Source: Planctomycetota bacterium (GTDB lineage: Bacteria; Planctomycetota; UBA1135; UBA2386). Taken from it: a stretch of DNA of 64,000 nt. Positions 9,950 through 20,040 of this stretch are shown piece by piece (the stretch's first letter is position 1; each line of letters starts with the position of its first letter). The DNA lies in the NCBI GenBank assembly GCA_947501605.1, contig CANMWZ010000003.1, positions 128,001 through 192,000 of the forward strand, given 5' to 3'. The notes below the pieces were generated by a model, which did not search any database, had not been told where the DNA came from, and saw only the letters and a list, made by a program, of their open reading frames with translations. Both the position numbers and the translations under genes were made by a program.

Positions 9950-11045
9950 GGGCAGCTCCAGTCGAAACCCGAGCACGCAGCGCCACCCAAACCAGGACAT
10001 CGGGCTCCATGCTGATCAACCCGAGCTGGCTCGGCACCGGCACGGCAAAGTCCGGCAGGTGCAACGTCGTCTGTCCCTCGACCGAAACGCGGCGGCTCGA
10101 GTCCACGGAGAGCTTCACTCGCAGGCTCACGGCCTTCTTCTGGCCGCGAATCTCGAACGTGCCGTTCACGCTGCCGGAGACAGTCTCCTTGGCTGCGTCA
10201 ATCCCGCCGACGTCGGGTGTGAACGACTCGATGGTGTAACGGACCTCGGCGTGATGCTCGGTGTCGAGGTGTTCCCGCATTGCCGTGTCGCGGCCCTCGA
10301 CGCCGGTCGCCAGCGTCGTCGCTTCGCAAGCGATCCATCCGGTCCAGGCGCCCGCTTGGTCGGCGAGGTTGGCGGCAAACGAGCCAGTGATCTTCGACGT
10401 CACGCCACTGAAGTCATGCAGCGTGCTCTTGGCGTCGAAGCCGACCCGACTCAGCTCCGGTAGGATCTCGAACTGCTGCACCTGGTCGAAATGGAAGGCA
10501 CGACTCGGCAGCTGAAAACCAAGGAACGCCTTCGGCTTCTGTGTCGACGGGACCACAGGATCGGATCGGGATTCCGGCACCGGCGCAGCCGGCGACGGCT
10601 CCGATTCCACCGCAGGCAGCGTGACGGCGGCAACCGCAGACGGCACGGGAGAAGACTCCATGTGTTCGCTGGGAGCGCGCGATTCGAGCGACGCCAATTG
10701 GCGCTCGAGTCCCTGCAGGCGGCCCGACTGCGCGCCGAGCGCTCGCTCCAAGCTCGCGATGGCGAGCAGGACGGCTTTCGACTCCGAGGTGCTGCGCTCC
10801 TCTTGCTGGCCCATCGCCGTCCCGAACTCCCCCAACTGCTGCCCCAACGCTTTGGTCAGAGCCTGCAAGTCCGTCTGCATGCTGCGAAGGTCATCGCGAA
10901 CGATCGCCAGGCCATCGTCCTTCGGCGCATCGTCGTGGAACTCGATGCGGATCCGGTCTTTCACCAAGAGGCTGGCACCGATGCCGGCAACGCCGACTGC
11001 GAGCACCGCGACCACACCCACCACGCTGAAAATCGACACTGCCAT
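9939..11045 (-). CDS. Membrane-anchored YceI-family lipid-binding protein with coiled-coil stalk
   Basis: N-terminal TM, coiled coil, Pro-rich linker, then SRVGFDAKSTLHDFSG...TGVEGRDTAMREHL...GTFEIRG. Start uncertain (11045/11108/11138). Confidence 0.8.
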   Translation of the reverse strand: MAVSIFSVVGVVAVLAVGVAGIGASLLVKDRIRIEFHDDAPKDDGLAIVRDDLRSMQTDLQALTKALGQQLGEFGTAMGQQEERSTSESKAVLLAIASLERALGAQSGRLQGLERQLASLESRAPSEHMESSPVPSAVAAVTLPAVESEPSPAAPVPESRSDPVVPSTQKPKAFLGFQLPSRAFHFDQVQQFEILPELSRVGFDAKSTLHDFSGVTSKITGSFAANLADQAGAWTGWIACEATTLATGVEGRDTAMREHLDTEHHAEVRYTIESFTPDVGGIDAAKETVSGSVNGTFEIRGQKKAVSLRVKLSVDSSRRVSVEGQTTLHLPDFAVPVPSQLGLISMEPDVLVWVALRARVSTGAARAR

Positions 11046-11495
11046 CGACAGAGTCTCGGCAAGGGTCGTGCCGCGGACAAGTCGCCGAGGTCGTAGACCT
11101 GGCATCATGGTGTGGTTCTGAGCGGCGACCGGCACCATCGTGCCGCTCGAGCCAACCGGGGACGCTCCGGGTTCCCTGGTAATCGCTTCACAGATCGCGC
11201 ACTTCTTGCATTGGCCCACGGATCGTCCGTCGCCTCCGGGCGCGCAACCCTCGGCTAGGGCCGCGACGGCACATCGTCGGCGGCGACGTGGCAGCTTGAA
11301 GCGCCAGTGGCTGCGGCCAGCCCCGACGGCCGATGGCGGCGTTGTGAGCGCTCCGCGGGATCTGCGGATTCCGCTACGAGTCGGCTCCGTGCCTTCGAAC
11401 TGCGCTGCTCGGCCGCTCTCGCGGGCCAATGGGGAAGCCCCTTCTAGGCTCGGCCGAGCGGAGCCTCGCAGAAAACTGAGACCGGCAAGCGGAAT

Positions 11496-11510
11496 TGGCA
11501 CGGCGCGTGC
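11496..11510 (+). promoter_or_regulatory. Putative sigma-54 (-24/-12) promoter of the MMPL operon
   Basis: TGGCAC-GGCGC-GTGC with exact GG-N10-GC spacing, just upstream of the MMPL start. Confidence 0.6.
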
Positions 11511-11527
11511 GCACGATTGGGTTGCCG

Positions 11528-13462
11528 ATGCCGATGAGCCCCCACCCAACTGCGACCCGCTGGCGCTGGCTGCTGCTGGTGCCAATCATGGCGTGGCTCC
11601 AGTCCGTCGCACACCAGCTGCCGATCGACCGCCACAACACGGCAATGAAGGCCCCGTCGAGCAAAGAGGCTGCCGCGACGGCGCAGTTGCACGGGACCTT
11701 TGGCAGCCAGGACCACTTGGCGTTGGCCTTCCTGACGAGGTCGCGCCAACCCGTAGCGCCGGTCGAGCGCCAAGCGCTGAATCAGCTGGCCTTGCGCCTT
11801 CGGTCCGAAGCGGACGTCGTGAGCGTCGCCAAGTTGATGGAACCGCGGCTTGACCTCGCCCTCCTCCAGTTGCACATCGAACCCGAGGCCGATGTCGAGT
11901 CGCTGCTTCAGGTCGCAAAGATGCTAGGGCCCGTGACGATGCGAATGCTGCCCGCCGGCATCGCGGTGGCCGAGGCCGCCATCGCCCGCGGCGTCGCGGC
12001 CGACCGCGAACGACTGGTGCCCGCGATCGTCGTCACGCTGTTTGCGGTCCTTCTCCTGGTCTATCGCAGCTTCGCCCACGCAGCAGGGGCGTTGCTGCCG
12101 GCACTGCTCGCGATCCTGCTGCTCGGAGCCGGTCGCTACGCGCTCGGTCAGAAACTCGACCCGATTGCCGTCTTGCTCGACCCGGTGTTGCTGACGATCG
12201 GCATCGCCTCGGCGGTTCACGTTCTCGCCGCCTTCCGCACGCTGCGCCGCGAAGGCCTCTCCCCGCAGGAGGCAGCCGCTCGCGCCGGCCGCGAGTTGCT
12301 GTGGCCAGCAACCTTGGCTACGGGCACGACGATGCTCGGCTTCTGGTCCCTCGCGTTCCATCCGATCCCGGCGGTTGCGAACTTCGGCGCCCTCGCGGCG
12401 ATCGGAACGGGCATCGTGCATGTCCTCGCCTTGACCCTGCTCCCGCGTTGGCTCAGCGAGTTCCCGGCACGGGTAGCAGCGCTGCCGCTTGGCGCCAGCG
12501 GCGCCAGCGCCTACGCGCACTGGCTCCGACGACAACGCAAGCCGATCGTGTTCGGGGCTGCGGCCCTCGCACTGATCGCAATCAACGCTCTACGCAGTGT
12601 CCGCGTCGACAACGACCCGATGGCAGTCCTCCCGCCGCATGCCACGTGCCGAAGCGATCTCGCCGAGATCGCTGACCACCTCGGCGGCGCGGAACAGTTC
12701 GATCTCCTGGTCGAGAATGCCGCGACGCACCTGGGCCCCGAGCAACTGCTCCCCTTCGTCGCCGCCGTCGCCTCGACCACACCCGCCGCCGGCCCGGCTG
12801 GCCCGCCGCGCGCCGCCCTCAACGGAACGGTCATGGTGCCGCTGCTACTCGCTCCGTCTGGGAGTGAGGCCCGCACCGCGCTGTTTCGTTCCACTGAGGA
12901 GCGCGCCCGCGCCCTCGACCTTCGCGGCGTGCAGATCGCCGGCAGTGCCGTACAGATCGCGCGCGACTCCGAACGCCTCGTCTACGGCCAGCTATTCGGC
13001 ATGGCGCTGGCACTGGTGATGCTGAGCCTCACCTTGTGGGGCGCGCTGCGCTCGTTTCGCATGGCCATGCTCGGGATGATCCCGAACGTGCTCCCGTGCT
13101 TGCTGCTCTACGGCACGCTCGCGATGTTCGACCGGCCGCTTGGCGTTGCCAACGCGATGATCGGCAGCGTGATGCTCGGTCTCATCGTCGACAACACGAT
13201 TCACTTCCTGCACCACTTCCGCCACGGCAGTGGCAATGGCGTGGCTCGCGTCCAGCACGCCATCGAGCGCATCGCCTCGCCGATGATTGGCTCCAGCATC
13301 GTGCTGGTGATCGGCTTCGGCGCGGGCCTGTTGGGCGGCATGGAATCGACGCACGAGTTTGCCATTCTGGCGGCGGCCACCATCGGACTCGCCCTCGTTG
13401 GCGATGGCGTGCTCTTGCCGGCGCTGCTGCTGTCGACCACCCGCCACGGGGAAGGGGCATGA
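11528..13462 (+). CDS. MMPL/RND-family lipid exporter
   Basis: Two repeats of 1+5 TM helices; ATGTTMLGFWSL, GLIVDNTIHF. Confidence 0.85.
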   Translation: MPMSPHPTATRWRWLLLVPIMAWLQSVAHQLPIDRHNTAMKAPSSKEAAATAQLHGTFGSQDHLALAFLTRSRQPVAPVERQALNQLALRLRSEADVVSVAKLMEPRLDLALLQLHIEPEADVESLLQVAKMLGPVTMRMLPAGIAVAEAAIARGVAADRERLVPAIVVTLFAVLLLVYRSFAHAAGALLPALLAILLLGAGRYALGQKLDPIAVLLDPVLLTIGIASAVHVLAAFRTLRREGLSPQEAAARAGRELLWPATLATGTTMLGFWSLAFHPIPAVANFGALAAIGTGIVHVLALTLLPRWLSEFPARVAALPLGASGASAYAHWLRRQRKPIVFGAAALALIAINALRSVRVDNDPMAVLPPHATCRSDLAEIADHLGGAEQFDLLVENAATHLGPEQLLPFVAAVASTTPAAGPAGPPRAALNGTVMVPLLLAPSGSEARTALFRSTEERARALDLRGVQIAGSAVQIARDSERLVYGQLFGMALALVMLSLTLWGALRSFRMAMLGMIPNVLPCLLLYGTLAMFDRPLGVANAMIGSVMLGLIVDNTIHFLHHFRHGSGNGVARVQHAIERIASPMIGSSIVLVIGFGAGLLGGMESTHEFAILAAATIGLALVGDGVLLPALLLSTTRHGEGA

Positions 13463-14688
13463 CCAAGATCCATGACGTGCTCATTCTCGGCGCTGGCCCG
13501 GCTGGGACGGCCCTGGCTTCGCACCTAGCCCGAAGCGGCTTCGACGTAGCGCTGGCCGACAAGAAGTCCTTCCCGCGAGCGAAGCCATGCGGTGAGTTTC
13601 TCAGTCCGGAATGCCGCCCGTACCTGCAAGAACTCGGCGTCGAAAATGCCCTGCTGCAACAAGGCACGCGCAGGATTCACGGCATGCACTTGTGCAGCGG
13701 TGAATGGCGCGCCCGTGGTCGGTTCCGATCACTAACCTCCGCGCCGTACAACGACGCAGGCTATGCCATTCGCCGCGAGATCCTCGACACCGAGCTCCTG
13801 CGAGCCGCTCGGGCCCGCCCAGAGGTAACTTGGCTCGAACGCCACGAGTTCCGCACCTTGTTGCGCGACGCCAATGGCGCAGTCAGCGGTGCAGTGCTTC
13901 GCGACCAGACGGGTGCCGAGCGCGCGGTTCGGGCGCAGACGACGATCGGCGCCGACGGTGTCCACTCGCGGGTCGCACGCCAACTCGGCGTCCAGCGGCA
14001 AATCCGGTGGCTGGATCGGCTCGCTCTGGTCGCGCACTTCGACGGCGTCGTACCGGCGGCCGAGGCCGAAGTGCACTTCCTCGACAACGCGTACTTCGCC
14101 GCGACTACCGTCGATGACGGCTCGTTCCACCTCAACCTCTTGATCGATCGAAACGCGCTGGCCGATCGCGACGGCGACCTCGACGCCTTCGTGCAGGAGC
14201 ACATCGCGGCGGCGCCGATGTTGGCGCGACGCATGAGTAATGCCAAGCGACGTGGCCAGTGGAAGGGCATCGGTCCGCTCGCGTTCCGTACGACGAAGCA
14301 GACCTTTGCCGGCGGCGCACTGGTGGGCGATGCCTGTGGCTACATCGATCCCCTGACCGGCGAGGGCATCTACTTCTCACTGCACGGGGCACGATCCCTG
14401 GCGAACGCTCTTGCCGTGGCCCGGCACGAGCCGCACCGAGCCGCCGCGGCAATGCGCGGCTACGAGCAGGAACGTCGCAGAGAGATCGCTCCGCGACTGC
14501 GGCTGGCAGCGCTGCTGCAGCGCGGAATCCGCCATCCCTTCCTGGTGCGCAGTTGCCTGTCCGCACTGGCAGCCTGGCCTCGACTCTGCGACTTGCTGGT
14601 GAACCTGACCGGCGATGCCGTGCACCCGCGCGACTTGCTCCAACCAGCCTTTTGGCGGCAGTGGCGCGAGGCGGCGCCGAGCTCATGA
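13459..14688 (+). CDS. FAD-dependent oxidoreductase (geranylgeranyl reductase / flavin hydroxylase family)
   Basis: DVLILGAGPAG, FPRAKPCGE, IGADG, LVGDACGYIDPLTGEGI; ATGA coupling. Confidence 0.9.
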   Translation: MTKIHDVLILGAGPAGTALASHLARSGFDVALADKKSFPRAKPCGEFLSPECRPYLQELGVENALLQQGTRRIHGMHLCSGEWRARGRFRSLTSAPYNDAGYAIRREILDTELLRAARARPEVTWLERHEFRTLLRDANGAVSGAVLRDQTGAERAVRAQTTIGADGVHSRVARQLGVQRQIRWLDRLALVAHFDGVVPAAEAEVHFLDNAYFAATTVDDGSFHLNLLIDRNALADRDGDLDAFVQEHIAAAPMLARRMSNAKRRGQWKGIGPLAFRTTKQTFAGGALVGDACGYIDPLTGEGIYFSLHGARSLANALAVARHEPHRAAAAMRGYEQERRREIAPRLRLAALLQRGIRHPFLVRSCLSALAAWPRLCDLLVNLTGDAVHPRDLLQPAFWRQWREAAPSS

Positions 14689-15383
14689 GTTGGCGCACGG
14701 GAGTCGCGATCTTTGGACCGCTTGGCGCTGCGGCGCTGGTGTTTCTGCTGCAGCCAAAGCTGGCGCGGACGCCGTCGCCGGTCAGTGCCCGCGGGACGTC
14801 GACGTTGGAACTGCCGATGCCCGTTCGCCGTGGGGCGGTCGAGGCTGGCACCTACGACATCGTGCCGACGCGCGGTCGCTTCGTGCTGTCGGCGCATAGC
14901 CGATCCTTCGCAGTGCGGGCCCGGAGCGACCAGGTGACGGGTTGGCTGCGGCAGGGCGAGAGCGCCCCGGACACCTTGGAGGTCGACGTCGATCTACGCA
15001 CGCTGGACGTGCTGGAGCCCGAGTCTTCGCCTTTGGCCGGCGGTGAGAAGACCGTCGCGGACGACCATCTGCGCCGCCTGCTGGGGCTATCCACATACAA
15101 CCGGTTGCGCTTTGCCGGCCGCGCCCTCATGGCGACCGCCGTCGCCGAGTTGCCGCTTCATCGCGTCGACTGGAGTGGGAGGATCTCTCTGGGTGCCCCC
15201 GGACAGAGCTTCTCCATGCAGCTCTGGCATGTGGCCCTTGGCAACGGACGCATCCATGTGCAGGGCACTGCCACCGTCGCCGGCGACACCCTCGACCTTC
15301 CGAATCTGTACTACCTCGGGCTGCTGCCGGATCCGGTCGCTGTGACCCTTGGGTTCGATCTGGAGTTCGCCGCGAGACCTTGA
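14685..15383 (+). CDS. Divergent YceI-like exported protein
   Basis: N-terminal TM; GTYDIVPTRGRF, VTGWL, VDVDLRTLD, DDHLRRLL match the YceI barrel pattern. Confidence 0.5.
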   Translation: MSWRTGVAIFGPLGAAALVFLLQPKLARTPSPVSARGTSTLELPMPVRRGAVEAGTYDIVPTRGRFVLSAHSRSFAVRARSDQVTGWLRQGESAPDTLEVDVDLRTLDVLEPESSPLAGGEKTVADDHLRRLLGLSTYNRLRFAGRALMATAVAELPLHRVDWSGRISLGAPGQSFSMQLWHVALGNGRIHVQGTATVAGDTLDLPNLYYLGLLPDPVAVTLGFDLEFAARP

Positions 15384-15456
15384 TCCGAGCCCTCTGCATC
15401 CATTGCGCCTCGATTTCCGCCGGACGAGCGTCCGATGGAAGCTGGCAGCCCCGACC

Positions 15457-17040
15457 ATGATCGCCCCACAGCAGCGCCCGTCCAGTTCCCTGCGCCGCGT
15501 CTTCTGGGTCGCGTTGCTGCCGCTCTCGCTCGTCATCCTCTCGAGCTTCGCGGTCATCTTGCTGATGGTCGGGCGCGTGCACACCAACGTGGAGTGCATG
15601 TACGTCGAGACGCGGGAGATCGCGCATGCCCGAAGCCTCGTCGACGAACTTCGCGGCATCGAGTCGTGGGTCACGGCAGCGCCCACTCTTGAGGACTCCG
15701 AACGCAAAGTTGCCGACGCCGACGCCCGCCAGCACCTCGCGACGGCGAAGAGCATTCTTGCCGGGTTCGATCCGCAAGAAGTCGGGCTCGGCGTCGAGAG
15801 CGCCGAGGGACCCGATCCGTCCGACCCGCGGCACCAATCGAACGAGAATCGACTCGCGCGCGTCGTTCGTACCGAACTCAACCTGCTCGAGCGACTCCTG
15901 GACGATCCTCACACCGGACTCGAACTCGCCGACCCACACGTTCGGGCGGCTTCGCGTGCCGCGATGACACTCTATGGCGAGATCGAGGACGAAGCGCGAG
16001 CACTCGGTGCGAGCCTCGTCGAGAGCTCGGAAGAATTCGTCCACATCGTCTTGGTCGTCGCCGCCATGGCCGGCGTGATGCTGCTGGCTGCAGCCACGCT
16101 GTTTCAGCGCCGGATCCTCCGCCCGCTCGCCGAACTCCGAGATGGCGTGCGCCAAGTCAGCAGCGGCAACCTCGATCTCAAGCTGACGATTCGCCACAAC
16201 GACGAACTCGGCATGCTGGCCAACACGCTGCTGGCGATGACGGAACGGCTACGCAAGTACCAGGAGGACCTCGAGGAGCGCGTGAAGCAGCGCACCAGTG
16301 AACTGCTGCGCACCGCGAGGCTAGCCGACCTCGGCACCCTTGCCGCTGGTGTGGCGCACGAGATCAACAATCCCCTGGCCGCGATCGCGACCTGCGCCGA
16401 GGGCTTGCTGCGGGATTCGCAACGCGCACTCGCCGCCGCCGAGAACGCCAACGGCGCCCGCACCGCCGCACCCTCGGCCCGGGACTCGACCAGGACTCGG
16501 GACTATCTGCAGATCATTGCCAAAGAGGCGATGCGGGCCCGCGACACCACGGCTCGCCTGCTTGCGTTTGCACGGCCAGAGTCGGGTCGACGCGATCCGG
16601 TCTGGCTGTCGCGCGAGGTATCCGAGGTCGTGACCATGCTCGAGCATTCGGCGGGCCGCGCCGGAATTCGCCTCGAGCTCGAACTACAGAAGGACCTCAG
16701 CCCAGTTCTCGGCGACCCCGCAGATCTGCGCCAAGTGGCCTTCAACCTGATCAAGAATGCGATCGACGCCAGTCACGACCGCGGGACGATCACGATCCGC
16801 ACGCGGATGCTCGACGGGCTCGTCGTGCTCGAGGTTGTCGACGAGGGTGTCGGGATCCCGCCCGCTCTCCAAGATCGGATCTTCGAACCGTTCGTGACCA
16901 CCAAGGAGCCGGGTAAGGGGACCGGACTCGGGCTTGCCATCAGCCACCGCATCGTGACCGATCACGGCGGCAGCCTACGGGCAGAGAATCTGCAGACCCG
17001 CGGCGCCTGCTTCACGATGACGCTGCCACCGCTGCCCTGA
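15457..17040 (+). CDS. Membrane sensor histidine kinase (2 TM, HAMP, NtrB-like core)
   Basis: [13 protein letters not shown]...[34 protein letters not shown]. Confidence 0.93.
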   Translation: MIAPQQRPSSSLRRVFWVALLPLSLVILSSFAVILLMVGRVHTNVECMYVETREIAHARSLVDELRGIESWVTAAPTLEDSERKVADADARQHLATAKSILAGFDPQEVGLGVESAEGPDPSDPRHQSNENRLARVVRTELNLLERLLDDPHTGLELADPHVRAASRAAMTLYGEIEDEARALGASLVESSEEFVHIVLVVAAMAGVMLLAAATLFQRRILRPLAELRDGVRQVSSGNLDLKLTIRHNDELGMLANTLLAMTERLRKYQEDLEERVKQRTSELLRTARLADLGTLAAGVAHEINNPLAAIATCAEGLLRDSQRALAAAENANGARTAAPSARDSTRTRDYLQIIAKEAMRARDTTARLLAFARPESGRRDPVWLSREVSEVVTMLEHSAGRAGIRLELELQKDLSPVLGDPADLRQVAFNLIKNAIDASHDRGTITIRTRMLDGLVVLEVVDEGVGIPPALQDRIFEPFVTTKEPGKGTGLGLAISHRIVTDHGGSLRAENLQTRGACFTMTLPPLP

Positions 17041-17072
17041 GGGCCCGCAGCACAGAACGGTCTGGCGAGCGT

Positions 17073-18314
17073 TCAGCGATCCGGCGTCGGCGGCGAAAGG
17101 ACGGGCGACTTCTTGCCGAACGGATCGCCGAGCAGCGGGTCAAGGCACAGGCGTGCACCGTTCGTCAGATCGAAGCGCGCACCGGACCACGTCACGGCAC
17201 CGCTCTCAGTAGCCTCCCAGATGCGGCTGGTCCCCGCAGTGAGCGCCGCCGCAGCATCCTCTTTCAACTCGCCGGCCAAGTTCCCCGTCGACGGCGAGAG
17301 GAAGAATGTCACGCGGTGTCCCGGCTGCAGCGCCACGTCGCCCGATACGGTGTGCCAGGTCACATCGCGCGAGCCGTGATTGAAGATCGTAGCCCGACCG
17401 CTGTAGTCGCCAGGCTCGATTCGTCGCTCGAGCCGGATGCGAGCCTCACCGAGTCCAACATCCTCGATGGGCGCCGCGGGCGCTGCCATCTCCAGCTCAG
17501 AACCATCGGGCAACTTGCAGATCAAGCCTTGGTTTGCGACCGCGAGGTCCATCCAAGTGAAGTCACTCAGAGTGACGATGGCAGCTGTCTCTTCCAGCTT
17601 GTCGACGCGCAGCGCCGCCGTGCCAAAGGACATGAACCGCGTGCCACCGTAGACCAGCAAGAGAAACTCTCCGGTCTTGCGGACCTGGATCTCCGAACCA
17701 ACCGGAAGCCCGCGCGCATTGTCGTAGTGGTAGAGCGGGATGAAGGCATCCTCGGTTGGGACTTTGAACCAGACGCGTTCGGCGTGACGCACCAGCACGA
17801 CGGTCTCTGGTTCGTACGGCAGCGTGACCGGTCGCTTGGCTCGCACCCAGGCTGGCCAGTCAGGCGCTGTTGGCAGCGCCGGCGGCGGCAATTGCCCTGC
17901 ACCCGTTGGCAGCATCAGTCCGCCGCCAACCGCTGGGTTGTTGCCGTAGCCACCGAGGCTCGGCGGGAACACCGGAAAGCCCTGGTACGACTCCGGCCTG
18001 ACCCAAGTCGGGAACAGCCCGGAAGGGTCGGCCGACTGCATGCCTGGCAGCGGCTCCAGCGACTGCGGCCGCACGGATCGCGGATCGTAGATCGGCACGT
18101 TGGTGCCTCCGGGGCCCTGCCCCTGTCCTGCCGATCCCTGATTCCACTGCGAACCTTGTTGCTGCTGTGGCTGCTGCTGCGGTTGCTGCGAGCCGGGCCA
18201 CGGGTAGGAGGGGAAGATCTGCGCCGTCAACGGCGCACCGCCCAAGACGGCCAGCATGGTGAGGGTCAGAGTCGAAGCGAGCGGAGTCCTGGGCATCGTC
18301 GTACGCGTCGTCAC
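17073..18314 (-). CDS. Hypothetical exported protein, Gln/Pro-rich N-terminus, possible FecR-like beta domain
   Basis: Signal peptide; QQPQQQPQQQQ; GSEIQVRKTGEFLLLVYGGTRF resembles FecR. Confidence 0.55.
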   Translation of the reverse strand: MTTRTTMPRTPLASTLTLTMLAVLGGAPLTAQIFPSYPWPGSQQPQQQPQQQQGSQWNQGSAGQGQGPGGTNVPIYDPRSVRPQSLEPLPGMQSADPSGLFPTWVRPESYQGFPVFPPSLGGYGNNPAVGGGLMLPTGAGQLPPPALPTAPDWPAWVRAKRPVTLPYEPETVVLVRHAERVWFKVPTEDAFIPLYHYDNARGLPVGSEIQVRKTGEFLLLVYGGTRFMSFGTAALRVDKLEETAAIVTLSDFTWMDLAVANQGLICKLPDGSELEMAAPAAPIEDVGLGEARIRLERRIEPGDYSGRATIFNHGSRDVTWHTVSGDVALQPGHRVTFFLSPSTGNLAGELKEDAAAALTAGTSRIWEATESGAVTWSGARFDLTNGARLCLDPLLGDPFGKKSPVLSPPTPDR

Positions 18315-19357
18315 ATGCTGCTGATCGGCAGGAAGAAGGTCTCGTACCGATCCAGAAACTGGTCGGTGAGAGTTTTCCGTTCGGCGACGGCCTCATGCAG
18401 CGGCACATCGATCACCTCGCCAGCGCGCAGCGCGGCCATGAAGCCATAGCGGCGCTCGAGCACGAGGCGGGCGGCCTTGGCGCCAAGGCGCAAAGCAAAG
18501 ATGCGATCAAAGGCGATCGGTCGTCCCGCTCGCTGCAAGTGCCCCATCACTACCGCGCGCGATTCCCAGCCGATGCGCTTCTGGATGCGCCGGGCAAGCA
18601 AGTCGGCGACGCCGCCAGTCTTGTACTGACCGAACTCATCCTTCTCCATCGACGACAGGCACTCGCCATTCTCGAACACGCGGCACCCTTCAGCGGCGGC
18701 GACGATCGCCGCTCGCGCGCCCGCCTTGCGGAACTTCTCGAGGTTCTGGCACAGCTCTTCGATGTGAGCCGGACGCTCCGGCACCAAGATCGCCTCGGCC
18801 CCGGCAGCGACACCGCTGTAGGCCGTGATCCAGCCGGCGTGTCGGCCCATGCACTCGACCACGATCACGCGACTGTGCGACTCTGCAGTGCTACGCAGGT
18901 CGTCAATCGCGCGGGTGACCACTTCGACGGCGGAAAAGAAGCCGAACGTGAAGTCGGTGGCCGACAGGTCATTGTCGATCGTCTTGGGCACTCCCACGAT
19001 CGGCAACCGGTGCTCGGTCCATAGTCGATCTGCAGCGCCTAGCGTACCTTCACCGCCGATCGCGACGAGCGCATCGAGGCGGTGCCTCGCTACCGTGGCG
19101 AGCACGCGCGGAACATCGCGCTCCGGATCGCGGTACGGGTTGTCGCCGCTGCTGCCGAGCAAGGTGCCACCGTGGACCAGCAAGTGCTGATAGTTGACGC
19201 CATCGAGCGACTCGGCACGGTCTTCGATCAGGCCACGCCAGCCATCGCGAAAGCCGACGAGTTGCACGCCTTGTGCCACGAGTCGCCGACCGAGGCCGCA
19301 GATCGCGGCATTGAGGCCAGGCGCGTCGCCGCCGCCCGTGAAAACACCCACGCGCAT
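18311..19357 (-). CDS. pfkA: 6-phosphofructokinase
   Basis: TGGGDAPGLN, GGTLLGS, GVPKTIDND, ECMGRHAGW, GHLQR. Confidence 0.92.
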   Translation of the reverse strand: MRVGVFTGGGDAPGLNAAICGLGRRLVAQGVQLVGFRDGWRGLIEDRAESLDGVNYQHLLVHGGTLLGSSGDNPYRDPERDVPRVLATVARHRLDALVAIGGEGTLGAADRLWTEHRLPIVGVPKTIDNDLSATDFTFGFFSAVEVVTRAIDDLRSTAESHSRVIVVECMGRHAGWITAYSGVAAGAEAILVPERPAHIEELCQNLEKFRKAGARAAIVAAAEGCRVFENGECLSSMEKDEFGQYKTGGVADLLARRIQKRIGWESRAVVMGHLQRAGRPIAFDRIFALRLGAKAARLVLERRYGFMAALRAGEVIDVPLHEAVAERKTLTDQFLDRYETFFLPISSM

Positions 19358-19358
19358 C

Positions 19359-20024
19359 TCAGTTCCCTCCCTCGTCATCGTCAATTGGATACTTCGGCCC
19401 AGTGAATGGCGGGGGTTCGGGTTCGAACGCAGCCGACTTGTCGCCCTTCTTTGCCAGCTTGCCGAAGAAGCCCTGGAACTCCAGTTCGAACTCGACTCGA
19501 TTCCCGTCGGCGAGCTGCACCATGTCGGTGAAGCGTTCGCGCAGGACCTGCCGCAGTCGCTGGCTGGCGTTCAGATTGGAGGCCCCCTCCGCACACTGGA
19601 ACACCGACATCACAACGATGCGACGAGGCTGAGCGCAATCGACCTGCACTCGCAAGCGCGTGATCTCCGGCAGCGCCTCGCCGGCGTTGCGCAGTCCGGA
19701 CTCCAGCGCCTCCCTCGCGACCTTCACCTGACCGGAAGCCGATTCGCTGACAATATGTGTGAGTGGCCCGGGACCGGGCGATCGCCGCACCAGCCATGCA
19801 AAGTTGCAGAGCAGCAACACCACGGCACCGAGGAACAGGCCCCACGAAACCGGCGTCGCCAGGGGCAGTTGGACCGTGCGCAGGTCCAGTCCGGGGATCA
19901 ACTCGAGCCCAAAGACCGCGGGGCGCACGAAGGCCACCACGATGGCGGCGGCGCTCAGCGTTCCGACGACCAAGTTCGCCAGCAACAACAACCGAGTGCC
20001 GACTCTGCTGGGTTCGCTCGCCAT
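19359..20024 (-). CDS. AmaP/Asp23-like membrane-anchored protein
   Basis: Two N-terminal TMs, then SESASGQVKVAREALE (AmaP-like); lies downstream of accBC. Confidence 0.45.
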   Translation of the reverse strand: MASEPSRVGTRLLLLANLVVGTLSAAAIVVAFVRPAVFGLELIPGLDLRTVQLPLATPVSWGLFLGAVVLLLCNFAWLVRRSPGPGPLTHIVSESASGQVKVAREALESGLRNAGEALPEITRLRVQVDCAQPRRIVVMSVFQCAEGASNLNASQRLRQVLRERFTDMVQLADGNRVEFELEFQGFFGKLAKKGDKSAAFEPEPPPFTGPKYPIDDDEGGN

Positions 20025-20040
20025 CTCCTAAGCGCCTCGA

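Noticed and set aside
11131..11145. Sigma-54 promoter for the leftward PKS operon (CGGCACGATGGTGC)
   Set aside because: GG-GC spacing is 9 nt rather than the required 10; more likely just a short palindrome.
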